A DNA stretch of 64,000 nt from Lingula anatina (lineage: Eukaryota > Animalia > Brachiopoda). The stretch covers positions 46,630,401 through 46,694,400 of the forward strand of contig CM120641.1 of assembly GCA_051362555.1 (NCBI GenBank), read 5' to 3'. The notes under the pieces are model-generated. The model saw nothing but the letters and a program-made list of their open reading frames with translations. It was not told the origin of the DNA and did not search any database. Position numbers and translations under genes: made by a program. Below, piece by piece: positions 62,939 through 64,000 of this stretch (position 1 is its first letter; every line of letters begins with the position of its first letter).

Positions 62939-64000
62939 CTGTCAGCCATACTGCCCACCAGTACTAGCAAGCTTACTCAGACAATGAGCACATTCAGAAC
63001 AGCGGATCAAATATGGTGACCGACTAAAAAGCTTGTCGCTTAATTCCCAATAAGACAATGAATAGATTCCCTGCAGGGATTACGCAAAAAGCATTCAGGT
63101 AAGTCAGCCATATTTGATCCACAGATCTGTTAGTCCGCAGTTCTGAATGCGCTCAATCTGAGCACTCTGATGTATTTCGCCTTGCCTTGGTGTTTTGTAA
63201 GACACACTGTTTGTCTCTAGTACTTTTCCCTCCTGGCTACGATCCAATCAAGGTAAGCTCAAAGATCCAACAGATTATGTTTAGTGACACTGCTGGTGTA
63301 CATACTGACAATAATGGGCTACAACAGTTGCACCTGCGACCAACTGATATACACTGTAGATATCTTGAGATTGATTGTTATCTTGAAGCTACAAAGGTTT
63401 CCCATTCAGTTTTACATATGATCACTGAACAATTTAATTTTTGTCTGATCAAACTGATAAAAACTTTCATCAGTCAAATTAATAACAGAGCTCCTAAAGT
63501 GCAAACAATACTTTTAATTATAAATAACTGTTATATTTTATCCAACAATGCACAGACAAAACCCACCTCTTAGAAAAATGAGGTTCATTCACAAGAGTAT
63601 ACATTTAATGTTAGAGAAATACGAGTACATTTTATGTTTGAGAAATGAGCCATGGGTGTTCACCCCCATTCCCTGAGCCCCATGAATAAGGCCCTGTTAA
63701 TATATATCCTTGTAATTTACTGTTTAATTTAGATATTATACACCGAACTACAGACATCTATTACATCACACATAAAAGCTGATATTTGAAGAGTTTGAAT
63801 ATGTCTGGGATCAAACCTATTAATTTTCAAATAAGAAATATGAATACAAAGTACACTTTCATTTTGTATAGTGAAATGACAAATGACTAACTAGAAATTC
63901 CAAATTTGGCTTATTGAACTTGCTCTACATCATTTTAACCAAGGTGTAATATTCCAATATTCACACATGCATGCACACGTACATGTACAATACAATATAA

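Overview
AT-rich, intron-rich animal genomic DNA, probably from a marine invertebrate such as a mollusc (inferred from repeat families and gene style, not proven). Six genes can be reconstructed by hand. On the + strand are the 3' part of ICA1/ICA69 and a complete importin-beta (KPNB1). On the - strand are a RING-B-box-coiled-coil-NHL TRIM gene nested in an ICA1 intron, a giant SEA/EGF/transmembrane mucin with a ~7.4 kb repeat exon and a MUC3/12/17-like signalling tail, the DNA primase small subunit PRIM1 with a U12 AT-AC intron, and Bax inhibitor-1 (TMBIM6). The last ~8 kb is mostly non-coding, with candidate first exons of a gene that leaves the window. Mobile DNA includes a Helentron-associated (HINE-like) element carrying a satellite, and several MITEs. 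The most unusual observations are: two independent tandem arrays of duplicated splice sites in KPNB1 (6 donor copies, 4 acceptor copies, all extra copies leading to premature stops); a KPNB1 stop codon assembled by splicing; and a TRIM-NHL gene next to a MUC17-like mucin, recalling the human MUC17-TRIM56 locus. Exon coordinates were read by eye and may be off by a few bases.
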